Source of the DNA: Paracoccaceae bacterium
GTDB lineage: Bacteria > Pseudomonadota > Alphaproteobacteria > Rhodobacterales > Rhodobacteraceae
NCBI GenBank assembly: GCA_030758115.1
Contig: JANREX010000102.1
Location: 2,530 to 66,529 of the forward strand
Reading direction: 5' to 3'
DNA: 64,000 nucleotides
Shown here: positions 10,015 to 19,368 of the stretch, piece by piece
How the letters are laid out: each line of letters opens with the position of its first letter
How positions within the stretch are numbered: position 1 is the first letter of the stretch
Notes under the pieces: model-generated
Told to the model about the DNA's origin: nothing
Seen by the model: the letters and a program-made list of their open reading frames with translations, nothing else
Databases searched by the model: none
Program-made: the position numbers and the translations under genes

Positions 10015-11334
10015 ATGAACATGCAGACCGCCCCCGCGCAGACCCGCGTGACAGCCCCACCGCCGCCCAGCAGCATCGAGGACATGCGCCTTCCCATCGT
10101 GATGATGCGCGACATCCTGCTCAAGACCATGTTCCGCAAGAACGTGACCATGGTCACCGAGGTGGCCGAGGCCGTGTGCCTGCCGCGCCAGGTCACGCAG
10201 GAATTGATCGACATGGCGCGCGATCAGCGCCTGCTCGAGGCGACCGGCACGCTGAATGCCAATGCCGGCAACGAGATGGGTTATCAGCTGACCGATGCGG
10301 GCAAGGCCCGCGCGCTGGACGCCCTGTCGCAATCCGAATATTTCGGCGCCATGCCGGTGCCCCTGTCGGTCTACCGCGAACAGGTCAAGCGCCAGTCGAT
10401 CCGCGACATCCAGATCACCCGCGCGCAGCTGACCACCGCCATGGGCCATCTGATCCTGCCCGAGGACCTGCTGTCCAACCTCGGCCCCGCCGTCAGCTCG
10501 GGCCGGTCGATCCTGATGTATGGCCCGCCGGGCAACGGCAAATCCTCGATCTCGAACGGGATCCGGGACGCCATGGGCGACAAGATCTATGTGCCGCGCG
10601 CCATCGAATATGCGGGTCAGGTCATCACCGTCTATGACCCGATCGTGCATTCCGCCGCCGAGGTCGAGGTGGACGATCCGAACTCGCTGCGCCGCCGGCG
10701 CACCTTCGACACGCGCTATGTGCGCTGCGAGCGTCCGACCGTGATCACGGGCGGCGAACTCAGCCTGTCGATGCTGGACCTTGTCTATAACCCCACCGCG
10801 CGCACCTACCAGGCGCCGCTGCAACTCAAGGCGACGGGCGGCATCTTCATCGTCGACGACCTTGGCCGCCAGGCCGAACCGCCGCAAAGCCTTGTGAACC
10901 GCTGGATCGTGCCGCTGGAAGAAAGCAAGGACATCCTTGCGCTTCAATCGGGCGAAAAGTTCGAAGTCCCCTTCGACACGCTCGTGGTCTTCTCGACCAA
11001 CTTCCATCCGAACGAGATTTTCGACCAGGCCGCGTTGCGCCGGATCTTCTACAAGATCAAGATCGACGGTCCCAACCAGGAGAATTTCCTGAAGATCTTC
11101 GCGCTTGTGGCGCGCAAGAAGGGCATGCCCCTGGACGAGGAGACGCTGGTGCACCTGCTGAAGGTGAAATATCCCACGATCGGCAATATCTATGCGAACT
11201 ATCAGCCGGTCTTCCTGATCGATCAGATGATCTCGATCTGCCGGTTCGAAGGCATCCCCAACCAGATGAGCCCCGCCCTGATCGACCGCGCCTGGGCCAA
11301 CATGTTCGTGCGCGACGAAAAGATCGTCAAATAA
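10015..11334 (+). CDS. AAA+ family ATPase of unknown function, adjacent to the tad locus
   Basis: Walker A LMYGPPGNGKSS, Walker B IFIVDDLG, sensor-1 VVFSTN, ALRRIF; about 170-aa non-ATPase N-terminal region. Confidence 0.8.
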   Translation: MNMQTAPAQTRVTAPPPPSSIEDMRLPIVMMRDILLKTMFRKNVTMVTEVAEAVCLPRQVTQELIDMARDQRLLEATGTLNANAGNEMGYQLTDAGKARALDALSQSEYFGAMPVPLSVYREQVKRQSIRDIQITRAQLTTAMGHLILPEDLLSNLGPAVSSGRSILMYGPPGNGKSSISNGIRDAMGDKIYVPRAIEYAGQVITVYDPIVHSAAEVEVDDPNSLRRRRTFDTRYVRCERPTVITGGELSLSMLDLVYNPTARTYQAPLQLKATGGIFIVDDLGRQAEPPQSLVNRWIVPLEESKDILALQSGEKFEVPFDTLVVFSTNFHPNEIFDQAALRRIFYKIKIDGPNQENFLKIFALVARKKGMPLDEETLVHLLKVKYPTIGNIYANYQPVFLIDQMISICRFEGIPNQMSPALIDRAWANMFVRDEKIVK

Positions 11335-11341
11335 GGCGGTA

Positions 11342-12325
11342 TCAGATCGCGCTGGCGAAAAGCTGCGCGGCCACAAGCACCACCAGCGCACCTGCCGCGA
11401 TCTCGATCAGCGACAGGGCGCGCGCCATGGACGGGCCGCCCGCCACCTGCGCCAGCGCGCTTTCGCGCGCCGTCACCGACAGAACCGCCACCAGCACGGT
11501 CACGCTGGCCGTGCCCAGCCCCATGACAAAGGCCCCGGCGATCCCGGCCGCATCAATCCCCATGCGCCAGGTCAGGATCAGCAGGAACAGCGCGCCGGTG
11601 CAGGGGCGCACCGCGACCGCCCCGATCAGGACCATTGCATCGCGCAGCGACCGGACCTGCGCCGCCTGTTCGATACTGGGGCCATGCGCATGCCCGCAGC
11701 TGTCGCAATGGGCGTGATCGTGGTCATGATGTTCATGATGTTCGTGGTCATGATGTGCGTGATGGTGATTGTCGTGGTGATGATCGGGCACCTTCGCCGT
11801 CGTCGCCGCGCCAACACGCTGCCCCCAGAGTTTGCGCGCACCGCGCAACAGCAGCCACAGGCCCACCAGCCCGATCAACACATAGCTCAGCGGCGCAAGC
11901 CAGGCCTCGGCCGTGTCGACCATCCGTTCGCGCGACCAGTCCAGCAGGAACACCCCGCCATAGACCAGCGCCACGGCGGTGCCCGCCTGCGCCAGGCTGG
12001 ACGCCACCGCAAGACCGGCCAACCGGCCCACCGGCACCCGCCGCCCCAGCCCGTAGCCACCGATCAGCACCTTGCCATGCCCCGGCCCCGCCGCGTGAAA
12101 GAACCCGTAGGCAAAGCAGAACCCCAAAAGCCCCGACAGCGCCGCCGCATCGCCCGCCTTCAACCGGCGCAGCAATCCCGCCATGGCGTTCTGCGCATCG
12201 CGCTGCCCGTCGGCGGCCCAGCGTTCCAGCACGGCCATACCCCCCATACCCCAGAGCCAGACCGCCAACGCAGCCAGCCCGGCCAGCAGCAGCAGCGCCC
12301 AGGGCGCACGGGTCAGGCGCTGCAT
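11342..12325 (-). CDS. NicO/RcnA-like nickel/cobalt (divalent metal) transporter with His-rich loop
   Basis: Polytopic protein with HAAGPGHGK and RPCTGAL motifs. Central loop [34 protein letters not shown]. Confidence 0.8.
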   Translation of the reverse strand: MQRLTRAPWALLLLAGLAALAVWLWGMGGMAVLERWAADGQRDAQNAMAGLLRRLKAGDAAALSGLLGFCFAYGFFHAAGPGHGKVLIGGYGLGRRVPVGRLAGLAVASSLAQAGTAVALVYGGVFLLDWSRERMVDTAEAWLAPLSYVLIGLVGLWLLLRGARKLWGQRVGAATTAKVPDHHHDNHHHAHHDHEHHEHHDHDHAHCDSCGHAHGPSIEQAAQVRSLRDAMVLIGAVAVRPCTGALFLLILTWRMGIDAAGIAGAFVMGLGTASVTVLVAVLSVTARESALAQVAGGPSMARALSLIEIAAGALVVLVAAQLFASAI

Positions 12326-12951
12326 GTCACCTCGACCACATCGGCGAAAGCCTCGCCCACTTCGGGGAATTCGTCGTCCGGCATGGCGGGATTCTTGTAC
12401 AGCGCCTCTTCGACCATCGTATAGGCGCGGTCCAGATCGGCGGGCTGGATCGCCAGCTTGCAGCTGTCGGGAACCGTGACCCCGCCCTCAAGATCATAGG
12501 CGGTGTAGAATGTCGGATCATAGGCCTTGACGATCACGGACCCCGACTGCGGCGCGAAGGACCTGAAATGCCGCGTCACGATCTGCCCCGCGATCACATC
12601 GGTGCCGCGCCCCTCGGGCCGGCCCAGATCGACCGGGGCATCGCCCGCCGTCAGGTAAAGATCACCCAGATAGCCCTCGATCCAATTCAGGTCGAACCCG
12701 TCCAGCCGGGCCAGCTCATCAGCTGTCAGCGCACCGTCGCCATCGGGGTCAAGGCCCATGTCCTCAAGCAGCAGCAGCGAATAGAAATCGTCATAGGTCC
12801 AGCTGACCTCGATCCCGACCAGCCGCCCGGCCTCATCGGCGACCAGTGTCAGGCCGGTCTGCACGAAAACATGGGGATGGGCCTGCGCCAGTGGCGCAGC
12901 CAGCGACAACGCAAGCGCGGCAGGAATTACCCGTGATCCGATCATGACCAA
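12313..12951 (-). CDS. DUF1007-family periplasmic protein (partner of the NicO-like transporter)
   Basis: Signal peptide (..[13 protein letters not shown]) followed by HPHVFV, typical of DUF1007. It overlaps the downstream transporter gene by 13 nt. Confidence 0.75.
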   Translation of the reverse strand: MVMIGSRVIPAALALSLAAPLAQAHPHVFVQTGLTLVADEAGRLVGIEVSWTYDDFYSLLLLEDMGLDPDGDGALTADELARLDGFDLNWIEGYLGDLYLTAGDAPVDLGRPEGRGTDVIAGQIVTRHFRSFAPQSGSVIVKAYDPTFYTAYDLEGGVTVPDSCKLAIQPADLDRAYTMVEEALYKNPAMPDDEFPEVGEAFADVVEVTCSA

Positions 12952-13017
12952 GTCTTAAGCCAGCCCGCCCCGCCCCGCAACATGGCAACGCGCCATCGGC
13001 CAAAACCTGCGCGCCGC

Positions 13018-14031
13018 TCAGACGCGGCGCTGATCAGGGTGCAGCGCCGTGCCCAGGATGTGATCGGCCCGGTGAATGACATGCCCGGCCCCGCCCACGA
13101 TCAGCGGATCGGGCCCATGCACCAGGTTCGGATCCTTGTCCGGATAATCCAGCGAGTTCAGGAAATGCAGCATGCAGTTCAGACGCGCGCGCTTCTTGTC
13201 GTTGGATTTGACCACGGTCCAGGGCGCATCGGCGGTGTCAGTGTAGAAGAACATCGCCTCCTTCGCCTCGGTGTAGTCATCCCACTTGTTGAGGCTGGCC
13301 TTGTCGATGGGCGACAGCTTCCAGCGCTTCAGCGGATCGGTCTCGCGGCTCAGGAAGCGGGCGCGCTGTTCTTCCTGCGTGACCGAGAACCAGTATTTGT
13401 AAAGCCGGATCCCCGAGCGCACCAGCATCCGCTCAAGCTCAGGGGTCTGGCGCATGAATTCCAGGTATTCGGTGGGCTGGCAAAAACCCATGACCCGTTC
13501 GACGCCCGCGCGGTTGTACCAGCTGCGGTCATAAAGGACGATCTCGCCCGCAGTGGGCAAATGCTGGATGTAACGCTGAAAATACCATTGCCCGCGCTCC
13601 ACGTCGCTGGGCTTGTTCAGGGCCACGACGCGGGCCGCGCGCGGGTTCAGATGCTCGGTGAACCGCTTGATCGTGCCGCCCTTGCCAGCCGCGTCGCGGC
13701 CTTCGAACAGCAGCACGAATTTCTGCCCCGTTTCCTGCGCCCAAAGCTGCACCTTCAGCAATTCGGCCTGCAACCGGGCCTTCTGCGCCTCGTAGCTGCG
13801 GCGCGACAGGGGCTTTTCATAGGGGTATTCGCCCGACTCGAAGGCGTGACGCACCTGATCGGGCGAGGGTCGTGGTGCCGCTGCCCGGCCTGCGCGCGCG
13901 CGCGCCTTGCCCTGCGGCGCATCCGGTTGCTGGCCCTCGGTGTCCGCCGCAGCGGGTTGCGGCGCGGCGGCAGGCGCATCCAGAATTGCGATCTCGGTCG
14001 GCGACGGGGTGGGCTTGGCAGCTGGCGGCAT
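13018..14031 (-). CDS. ppk2: Polyphosphate kinase 2
   Basis: PPK2 core (FEGRDAAGKGGTIKR, WYFQRYIQHLPTAGEIVLYDRSWYNRAGVERVMGF) after a Pro/Ala-rich N-terminal extension. Confidence 0.9.
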   Translation of the reverse strand: MPPAAKPTPSPTEIAILDAPAAAPQPAAADTEGQQPDAPQGKARARAGRAAAPRPSPDQVRHAFESGEYPYEKPLSRRSYEAQKARLQAELLKVQLWAQETGQKFVLLFEGRDAAGKGGTIKRFTEHLNPRAARVVALNKPSDVERGQWYFQRYIQHLPTAGEIVLYDRSWYNRAGVERVMGFCQPTEYLEFMRQTPELERMLVRSGIRLYKYWFSVTQEEQRARFLSRETDPLKRWKLSPIDKASLNKWDDYTEAKEAMFFYTDTADAPWTVVKSNDKKRARLNCMLHFLNSLDYPDKDPNLVHGPDPLIVGGAGHVIHRADHILGTALHPDQRRV

Positions 14032-14201
14032 GGGACAATCCTTTTTTCAAACTGTCACAATCATACGCCAGAACGGACCGGCGGGCCTTGATCCGCGTCA
14101 AATGCAACAACCGAGATCTGACGCGACGGCACGACACCCCACTGTTGCGCGATGATCCGGTGCAGGCTCCTATAGTGTCGTGAACAGGAGGAGAGACCCC
14201 C

Positions 14202-15521
14202 ATGATCCCGCTCAAAACCGCAGCCCTCGCGCTGGGTCTGCTTGCCAGCCCCCTCGCCGTCAGTCCAGTATCGGCCCAAATGACAGCCCATAACCCCATC
14301 GACCAGACCCGCCCCGACGCCCCCGAACTGGCCGCTTTCGGCGACCATGTGATCGGTGTGCGGACGCTGAATTTCACCCATCCCGGACAGATCGACATCC
14401 TGAACGTGACGGATGCGGCCACACCCACCTATGACCGTCCCCTGACGGTCGAGGTCTGGTATCCCGCCGCGGCAGGCACGGCCCCCGGCACCACCTATGA
14501 CACGGTGATCCGCGACGGGCGCACCGCCACCACCCTGTCGGGGCGCGCCGCGCGCGATGCGGCGCCGGCTGCCGGACAGACCTTTCCCTTGGTGATCATC
14601 AGCCATGGCTATCCGGGCAACCGGTTCCTGCTGTCGCACCTGGGCGAGAACCTGGCCTCGAAGGGCTATGTCGTGGCCTCGATCGACCATACCGACAGCA
14701 CCTATTCGGATCAGGCGGCCTTTGGCTCGACCCTGCTGAACCGGCCGCGCGACCAGCGTTTCGTGCTTGATCAGATGGCCGACCTATCCGCCACCGCACC
14801 GGACCTGGCGGGCATCATCGACGCCTCCAGCACCGGGGTCATCGGCTATTCCATGGGTGGCTACGGCGCGCTGATCTTTGGCGGCGCGGGCGTCACGCAG
14901 GCCGCGGTCGAACTGCCCTGGGGCACGCCCAAGGGCCTGCTGTCCGCAAACCTTGCCGGGTCGGACAGCCACGAGGCGATCATCGACGACCGCGTCAAGG
15001 CGATCATCGCCATCGGCCCCTGGGGGCGGCATTTCGGCTTCTGGGACGAGGCGGGGCTGGCCGGGCTGCGCAAGCCCACGATGATCATGGCCGGGTCGGT
15101 CGATGACGTGTCGAACTACCCCGCCATGCGGCAGATCTTCGAACAGGCAACGGGCACCACCCGGCATCTGCTGACCTTCGAGAACGCCAACCACAACGCG
15201 GCAGCACCCATGCCCGCGCCGGTGGAAAGCTGGCAAGCGGTCGAGGGGCTGGATTTCATTCCCTTCGATCACTACGCCGATCCGGTCTGGGACACGCTGC
15301 GCATGAACAACATCGCCCAGCATTTCGCGACCGGCTTCATGGATCTGCACCTGAAGGGCGAGACGGACAAGGCCGCCTATTTCGACCTGGTCCCGGTCTC
15401 GGGCGATGGTGTGGTGGCCCTGAACGAGGACGGCACCGCAAAGCCGGAGCACAGCTACTGGAAGGGCTTTGCCCCGCGCACGGCGGCGGGCCTGCGCTTC
15501 GAGACACTGCAACCCGAATGA
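14202..15521 (+). CDS. Secreted alpha/beta hydrolase (PAF-acetylhydrolase / dienelactone-hydrolase-like)
   Basis: Signal peptide, nucleophile elbow GYSMGG, AGGAGGAG Shine-Dalgarno sequence before the ATG. Confidence 0.7.
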   Translation: MIPLKTAALALGLLASPLAVSPVSAQMTAHNPIDQTRPDAPELAAFGDHVIGVRTLNFTHPGQIDILNVTDAATPTYDRPLTVEVWYPAAAGTAPGTTYDTVIRDGRTATTLSGRAARDAAPAAGQTFPLVIISHGYPGNRFLLSHLGENLASKGYVVASIDHTDSTYSDQAAFGSTLLNRPRDQRFVLDQMADLSATAPDLAGIIDASSTGVIGYSMGGYGALIFGGAGVTQAAVELPWGTPKGLLSANLAGSDSHEAIIDDRVKAIIAIGPWGRHFGFWDEAGLAGLRKPTMIMAGSVDDVSNYPAMRQIFEQATGTTRHLLTFENANHNAAAPMPAPVESWQAVEGLDFIPFDHYADPVWDTLRMNNIAQHFATGFMDLHLKGETDKAAYFDLVPVSGDGVVALNEDGTAKPEHSYWKGFAPRTAAGLRFETLQPE

Positions 15522-15530
15522 TCAACGACA

Positions 15531-15553
15531 GGGGCCGCGCCCGTCGCGGCCCC
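15531..15553 (+). terminator. GC hairpin between the two hydrolase genes (terminator-like, no T-run)
   Basis: GGGGCCGCG-CCCGT-CGCGGCCCC, 9-bp stem starting 10 nt after the stop. Confidence 0.35.
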
Positions 15554-15573
15554 GACCCAAGCGGGAACACCCC

Positions 15574-16449
15574 ATGCAAAGCCACCATGTCAGCCTGAAT
15601 GGCCATCCTTTCCACTACCTGGAATGGGGGCCGCCCGATGCGCCGATCCTGCTGATGCTGCACGGCTTTCCCGAATATTCCGGGGCCTGGGCCGAGCTGG
15701 CCGAACGCCTGTCCGACCGGTTCCGCTGCATCGCGCCGGATCAGCGCGGCTATGGGCAAAGCTGGGCCCCGGCGGATGTGCGCGACTATGCCACCGGCAA
15801 GCTGGTGGGTGACATGGCGACCCTGATCGACCACCTGGGCGGCGGGCCTGTCACGGTCATCGGCCATGACTGGGGCGCCTCGGTCGCCTATGTGCTGGCC
15901 ACACGGCATCCCGAACGGGTGGGCCGCCTGATCATCCTGAACGGGGTCCACCCGATCCCGTTCCAGCGCGAGATGGCAAAGGGCGGCGCGCAATCGCAAG
16001 CCTCGCAATATATCCTCTGGCTGCGGCGCGATGGGTCCGAGGATCGTCTGGCCGAGGGCGATTTCGCCAAGCTGATGGACCTCTTTTCCGCCAGGATGGA
16101 CCTGTCCTGGATGACGCCCGCGAAACTGGCGGAGTACAAGACCGCATGGGCCCGCCCCGGCCGGATGCGCGGGATGGTCAACTGGTACCGCGCCTCGCCC
16201 CTGCAGGTGGCGGCCCCCGGACAACCGATCACGGACCTGCCCGCCTTGCCGCGCGCAGCACTTACAGTGCATCAGCCGCATCTGCTGATCTGGGGCACCG
16301 GCGACACCGCCCTGCTGACCGACTGCCTGGACGGGTTGGCGGAGCTGGCCCCCGATCTGACCATCCACCGCCTCGACGGGGCCGATCACTGGATCTGCCA
16401 TCAGAAGCCTGACGCGGTGGCAGCGCTCATCCGCGACTGGCTGGGATGA
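15574..16449 (+). CDS. Alpha/beta hydrolase (epoxide-hydrolase / haloalkane-dehalogenase-like)
   Basis: HGFPE, DQRGYGQS and GHDWGA motifs. ATG 15574 is used; the upstream part of the listed ORF overlaps the previous gene. Confidence 0.8.
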   Translation: MQSHHVSLNGHPFHYLEWGPPDAPILLMLHGFPEYSGAWAELAERLSDRFRCIAPDQRGYGQSWAPADVRDYATGKLVGDMATLIDHLGGGPVTVIGHDWGASVAYVLATRHPERVGRLIILNGVHPIPFQREMAKGGAQSQASQYILWLRRDGSEDRLAEGDFAKLMDLFSARMDLSWMTPAKLAEYKTAWARPGRMRGMVNWYRASPLQVAAPGQPITDLPALPRAALTVHQPHLLIWGTGDTALLTDCLDGLAELAPDLTIHRLDGADHWICHQKPDAVAALIRDWLG

Positions 16450-16466
16450 GGCGGGCGTTGCCCCAT

Positions 16467-16489
16467 GGATATTTGAAGCAAGAAGAAGC
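16467..16489 (+). repeat. Intergenic repeat core, copy D (GGATATTTGAAGCAAGAAGAAGC)
   Basis: Starts 18 nt after the hydrolase stop, in the sense of the flanking + strand genes. Flanked by GTTGC(16457-61)/GCAAC(16494-98) and GGGC/GCCC pairing. Confidence 0.7.
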
Positions 16490-16639
16490 AGGCGCAACCT
16501 GCCCTGTCATCATTCTGCACATACTCATGACGACAAAGGCCGATCCGCGCGCCATTCGCCGGCTTCGGGGCCAAGACCGCTTTCCCCTGCCGTCACCTTC
16601 TGACATACTGCCATCCAACCCATAAAAAGAAGCAGCAGC

Positions 16640-18598
16640 ATGGCCAACGATCTTCTGACCGGCACCGCCCCCGACGACTACAACGCCTCCTCCATCGAAG
16701 TCCTTGAAGGGCTGGAACCGGTCCGCAAGCGCCCCGGCATGTATATCGGCGGCACGGACGAGCGCGCGTTGCATCACCTTGTGGCGGAAGTGCTGGACAA
16801 CTCGATGGACGAGGCGGTGGCAGGCCATGCCAATCGCATCGAGGTCGAACTGCATGAGGATTACGCCGTCACCATCCGCGACAACGGGCGCGGGATTCCC
16901 ATCGACCCGCATCCCAAGTTTCCCGACAAGAGCGCGCTTGAGGTGATCCTGTGCACCCTGCATGCGGGCGGCAAGTTTTCGGGCAAGGCCTATCAGACCT
17001 CGGGCGGCCTGCATGGCGTCGGTGCATCCGTGGTCAACGCGCTGTCGGATTCGATGGTGGTGCAGGTCGCGCGCAACAAGGAGCTTTACGAACAGCGCTT
17101 TTCGCGCGGCATCCCGCAAGGCCCCATCCAGAAGATCGGCGCCGCCCCCAACCGGCGCGGCACCACGGTGACCTTTCACGCGGACGAACAGATCTTCGGC
17201 TCGCACCGGTTCAAACCGGCGCGCCTGTTCAAGTCGATCCGATCCAAGGCCTATCTCTTCTCGGGCGTGGAAATCCGCTGGAAATCCGCGATCAACGACG
17301 GCGAAACCCCGCAGGAGGCGGTATTCCACTTTCCGGGCGGCCTGTCGGATTATCTGAACGAGACGCTTGGCAATGCCTCGACCTATGCGGACCGGCCCTT
17401 TGGCGGCACGGTCGAGTTTTCCGAGAAGTTCAACGTGCCGGGCAAGGTCGAATGGGCGATCAACTGGACACCCTCGCGCGACGGGTTCATCCAGTCCTAT
17501 TGCAACACGGTTCCAACCCCCGAGGGCGGCACCCACGAGGCCGGGTTCTGGGCCGCCATCCTGAAAGGCATCCGCGCCTATGGCGAGCTGGTCAACAACC
17601 GCAAGGCCAAGGAGATCACACGCGAAGACCTGATCACCGGGGGCTGTGCGCTGGTCAGCTGTTTCATCCGCGAGCCGGAATTCGTGGGCCAGACCAAGGA
17701 CCGGCTGGCCACGATGGAGGCCGCGCGCCTGGTCGAGAACTCGGTGCGCGACCATTTCGACAACTGGCTGGCCGCTGACACGAAATCGGCCGGGGCCATC
17801 CTGGATTTCCTGGTGCTGCGCGCCGAGGAACGGCTGCGCCGCCGCCAGGAAAAGGAAACCCAGCGCAAGACCGCCACCAAGAAGCTGCGCCTGCCCGGCA
17901 AGCTGGTGGATTGCACCTCTTCGACACGCGAGGGAACCGAGCTGTTCATCGTCGAGGGCGACAGCGCGGGTGGGTCCGCCAAGATGGCGCGCGACCGCAA
18001 GAACCAGGCCCTGCTGCCGTTGCGCGGCAAGATCCTGAACGTGCTGGGCGCGGCATCGGGCAAGCTGGGCTCGAACCAGGAGATCAGCGACCTGACCCAG
18101 GCCCTGGGCGTGGGGCTGGGCACCAAGTTCAACATCGACGATCTGCGCTATGACAAGATCATCATCATGACCGACGCCGATGTGGACGGCGCGCATATCG
18201 CGGCCCTGCTGATGACCTTCTTCTTCACCCAGATGCGGCCGATGATCGACAAGGGCCACCTGTACCTGGCCTGCCCGCCCCTGTTCCGCCTGACGCAAGG
18301 CGCGAAACGCGTCTACTGCATCGACGAGGCGGAAAAGGCCATCTGGCTCGAGAAGGGCCTGGGCGGCAAGGGCAAGATCGACGTCAGCCGCTTCAAGGGC
18401 CTGGGCGAGATGGACGCCAAGGACCTGAAGGAAACGACGATGGACCCGGCCAGCCGCAAGCTGATCCGCGTGACCATCGACGAGGATGAACCCGGCGAAA
18501 CGGGCGATCTGGTCGAACGGCTGATGGGCAAGAAACCCGAATTGCGGTTTCAGTACATCTCGGAAAACGCGCGTTTCGTCGAGGAACTGGACGTCTAG
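16640..18598 (+). CDS. parE: DNA topoisomerase IV subunit B
   Basis: GHKL ATPase (VLDNSMDEA, GLHGVG) and TOPRIM (ELFIVEGDSAGGSAK) motifs. The 652-aa length fits ParE rather than the roughly 800-aa GyrB. Confidence 0.9.
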   Translation: MANDLLTGTAPDDYNASSIEVLEGLEPVRKRPGMYIGGTDERALHHLVAEVLDNSMDEAVAGHANRIEVELHEDYAVTIRDNGRGIPIDPHPKFPDKSALEVILCTLHAGGKFSGKAYQTSGGLHGVGASVVNALSDSMVVQVARNKELYEQRFSRGIPQGPIQKIGAAPNRRGTTVTFHADEQIFGSHRFKPARLFKSIRSKAYLFSGVEIRWKSAINDGETPQEAVFHFPGGLSDYLNETLGNASTYADRPFGGTVEFSEKFNVPGKVEWAINWTPSRDGFIQSYCNTVPTPEGGTHEAGFWAAILKGIRAYGELVNNRKAKEITREDLITGGCALVSCFIREPEFVGQTKDRLATMEAARLVENSVRDHFDNWLAADTKSAGAILDFLVLRAEERLRRRQEKETQRKTATKKLRLPGKLVDCTSSTREGTELFIVEGDSAGGSAKMARDRKNQALLPLRGKILNVLGAASGKLGSNQEISDLTQALGVGLGTKFNIDDLRYDKIIIMTDADVDGAHIAALLMTFFFTQMRPMIDKGHLYLACPPLFRLTQGAKRVYCIDEAEKAIWLEKGLGGKGKIDVSRFKGLGEMDAKDLKETTMDPASRKLIRVTIDEDEPGETGDLVERLMGKKPELRFQYISENARFVEELDV

Positions 18599-18657
18599 CG
18601 GCCAGCCCCCAGCCAAGCCTCTACCCAAACAATGCGCATGCCCTATACTTTAGGGTC

Positions 18658-19368
18658 ATGCGCCATATGATGCTTGCCCTGCTCCTGTGCCTTGCCGCCC
18701 TGCCATTGCGGGCGCAGGATACCGATCTGGAACTGGTGCTGATGGCGGATGCCTCGGGCAGCATCGACCCCGAAGAGCTGCTGCTGCAGCGGCGCGGCTA
18801 TGCCCAGGCCATGACGGACCCCGATGTGATCGCCGCCATCCGGAACACCGCCTATGGCAGCATCGCCGTGACCTATGTGGAATGGGCGGCCAACCAGGCC
18901 GTGATCGTGGATTGGATGCGCATCGACGGGCCCGAGGCCGCAGCGATCTTTGCCGCGCAGCTTGATAGCCCGGTGCGCCGGGCGCAGGGGCGCAATGCCA
19001 TCGGTGCGGCGCTGTTGCGCGGCAAGGAGTTGATCGAGCAGAATGACATCGACGGCTGGCGCCGCGTCATCGATTTTTCGGGCGACAGCGTCAACAACTG
19101 GTCTGGCCCCCCGATCGCAGAGGCGCGCGCGCAGGTTCTGGCTGCGAATATCACCATCAACGGGCTGCCCCTGATGCTGAACGATGACATGGGCCGCGCC
19201 GCCACGCTGGAGGCGAATTACCGCGACCAGATCATTGGCGGGCCCAATGCCTTCACCCTGCCCGCCACCCGGCGCGAGGATTTTGCCGCCGCGGTCAAGC
19301 GCAAGCTGATCCTCGAGATATCAGGCCTCGTACCAGAGATGGACCTGGCGTTGCGCGATCAGCGCTGA
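18658..19368 (+). CDS. DUF1194 (vWA-like) domain protein, secreted
   Basis: Signal peptide, DLELVLMADASGSID, VTYVEWA, DFSGDSVNN and ITINGLPL motifs typical of DUF1194. Confidence 0.75.
   Translation: MRHMMLALLLCLAALPLRAQDTDLELVLMADASGSIDPEELLLQRRGYAQAMTDPDVIAAIRNTAYGSIAVTYVEWAANQAVIVDWMRIDGPEAAAIFAAQLDSPVRRAQGRNAIGAALLRGKELIEQNDIDGWRRVIDFSGDSVNNWSGPPIAEARAQVLAANITINGLPLMLNDDMGRAATLEANYRDQIIGGPNAFTLPATRREDFAAAVKRKLILEISGLVPEMDLALRDQR

Noticed and set aside
11684-11784. Near-tandem ATGATG/GTGATG repeats; considered as a microsatellite or CRISPR-like repeat
   Set aside because: The stretch is in frame inside the NicO-like transporter gene and simply encodes the His/Asp-rich loop (CAT/CAC/GAT codons on the minus strand). 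There is no spacer-repeat structure.
16427-18628. 733-aa ORF on the minus strand
   Set aside because: It is antisense to parE, which has GHKL and TOPRIM motifs. Spurious.
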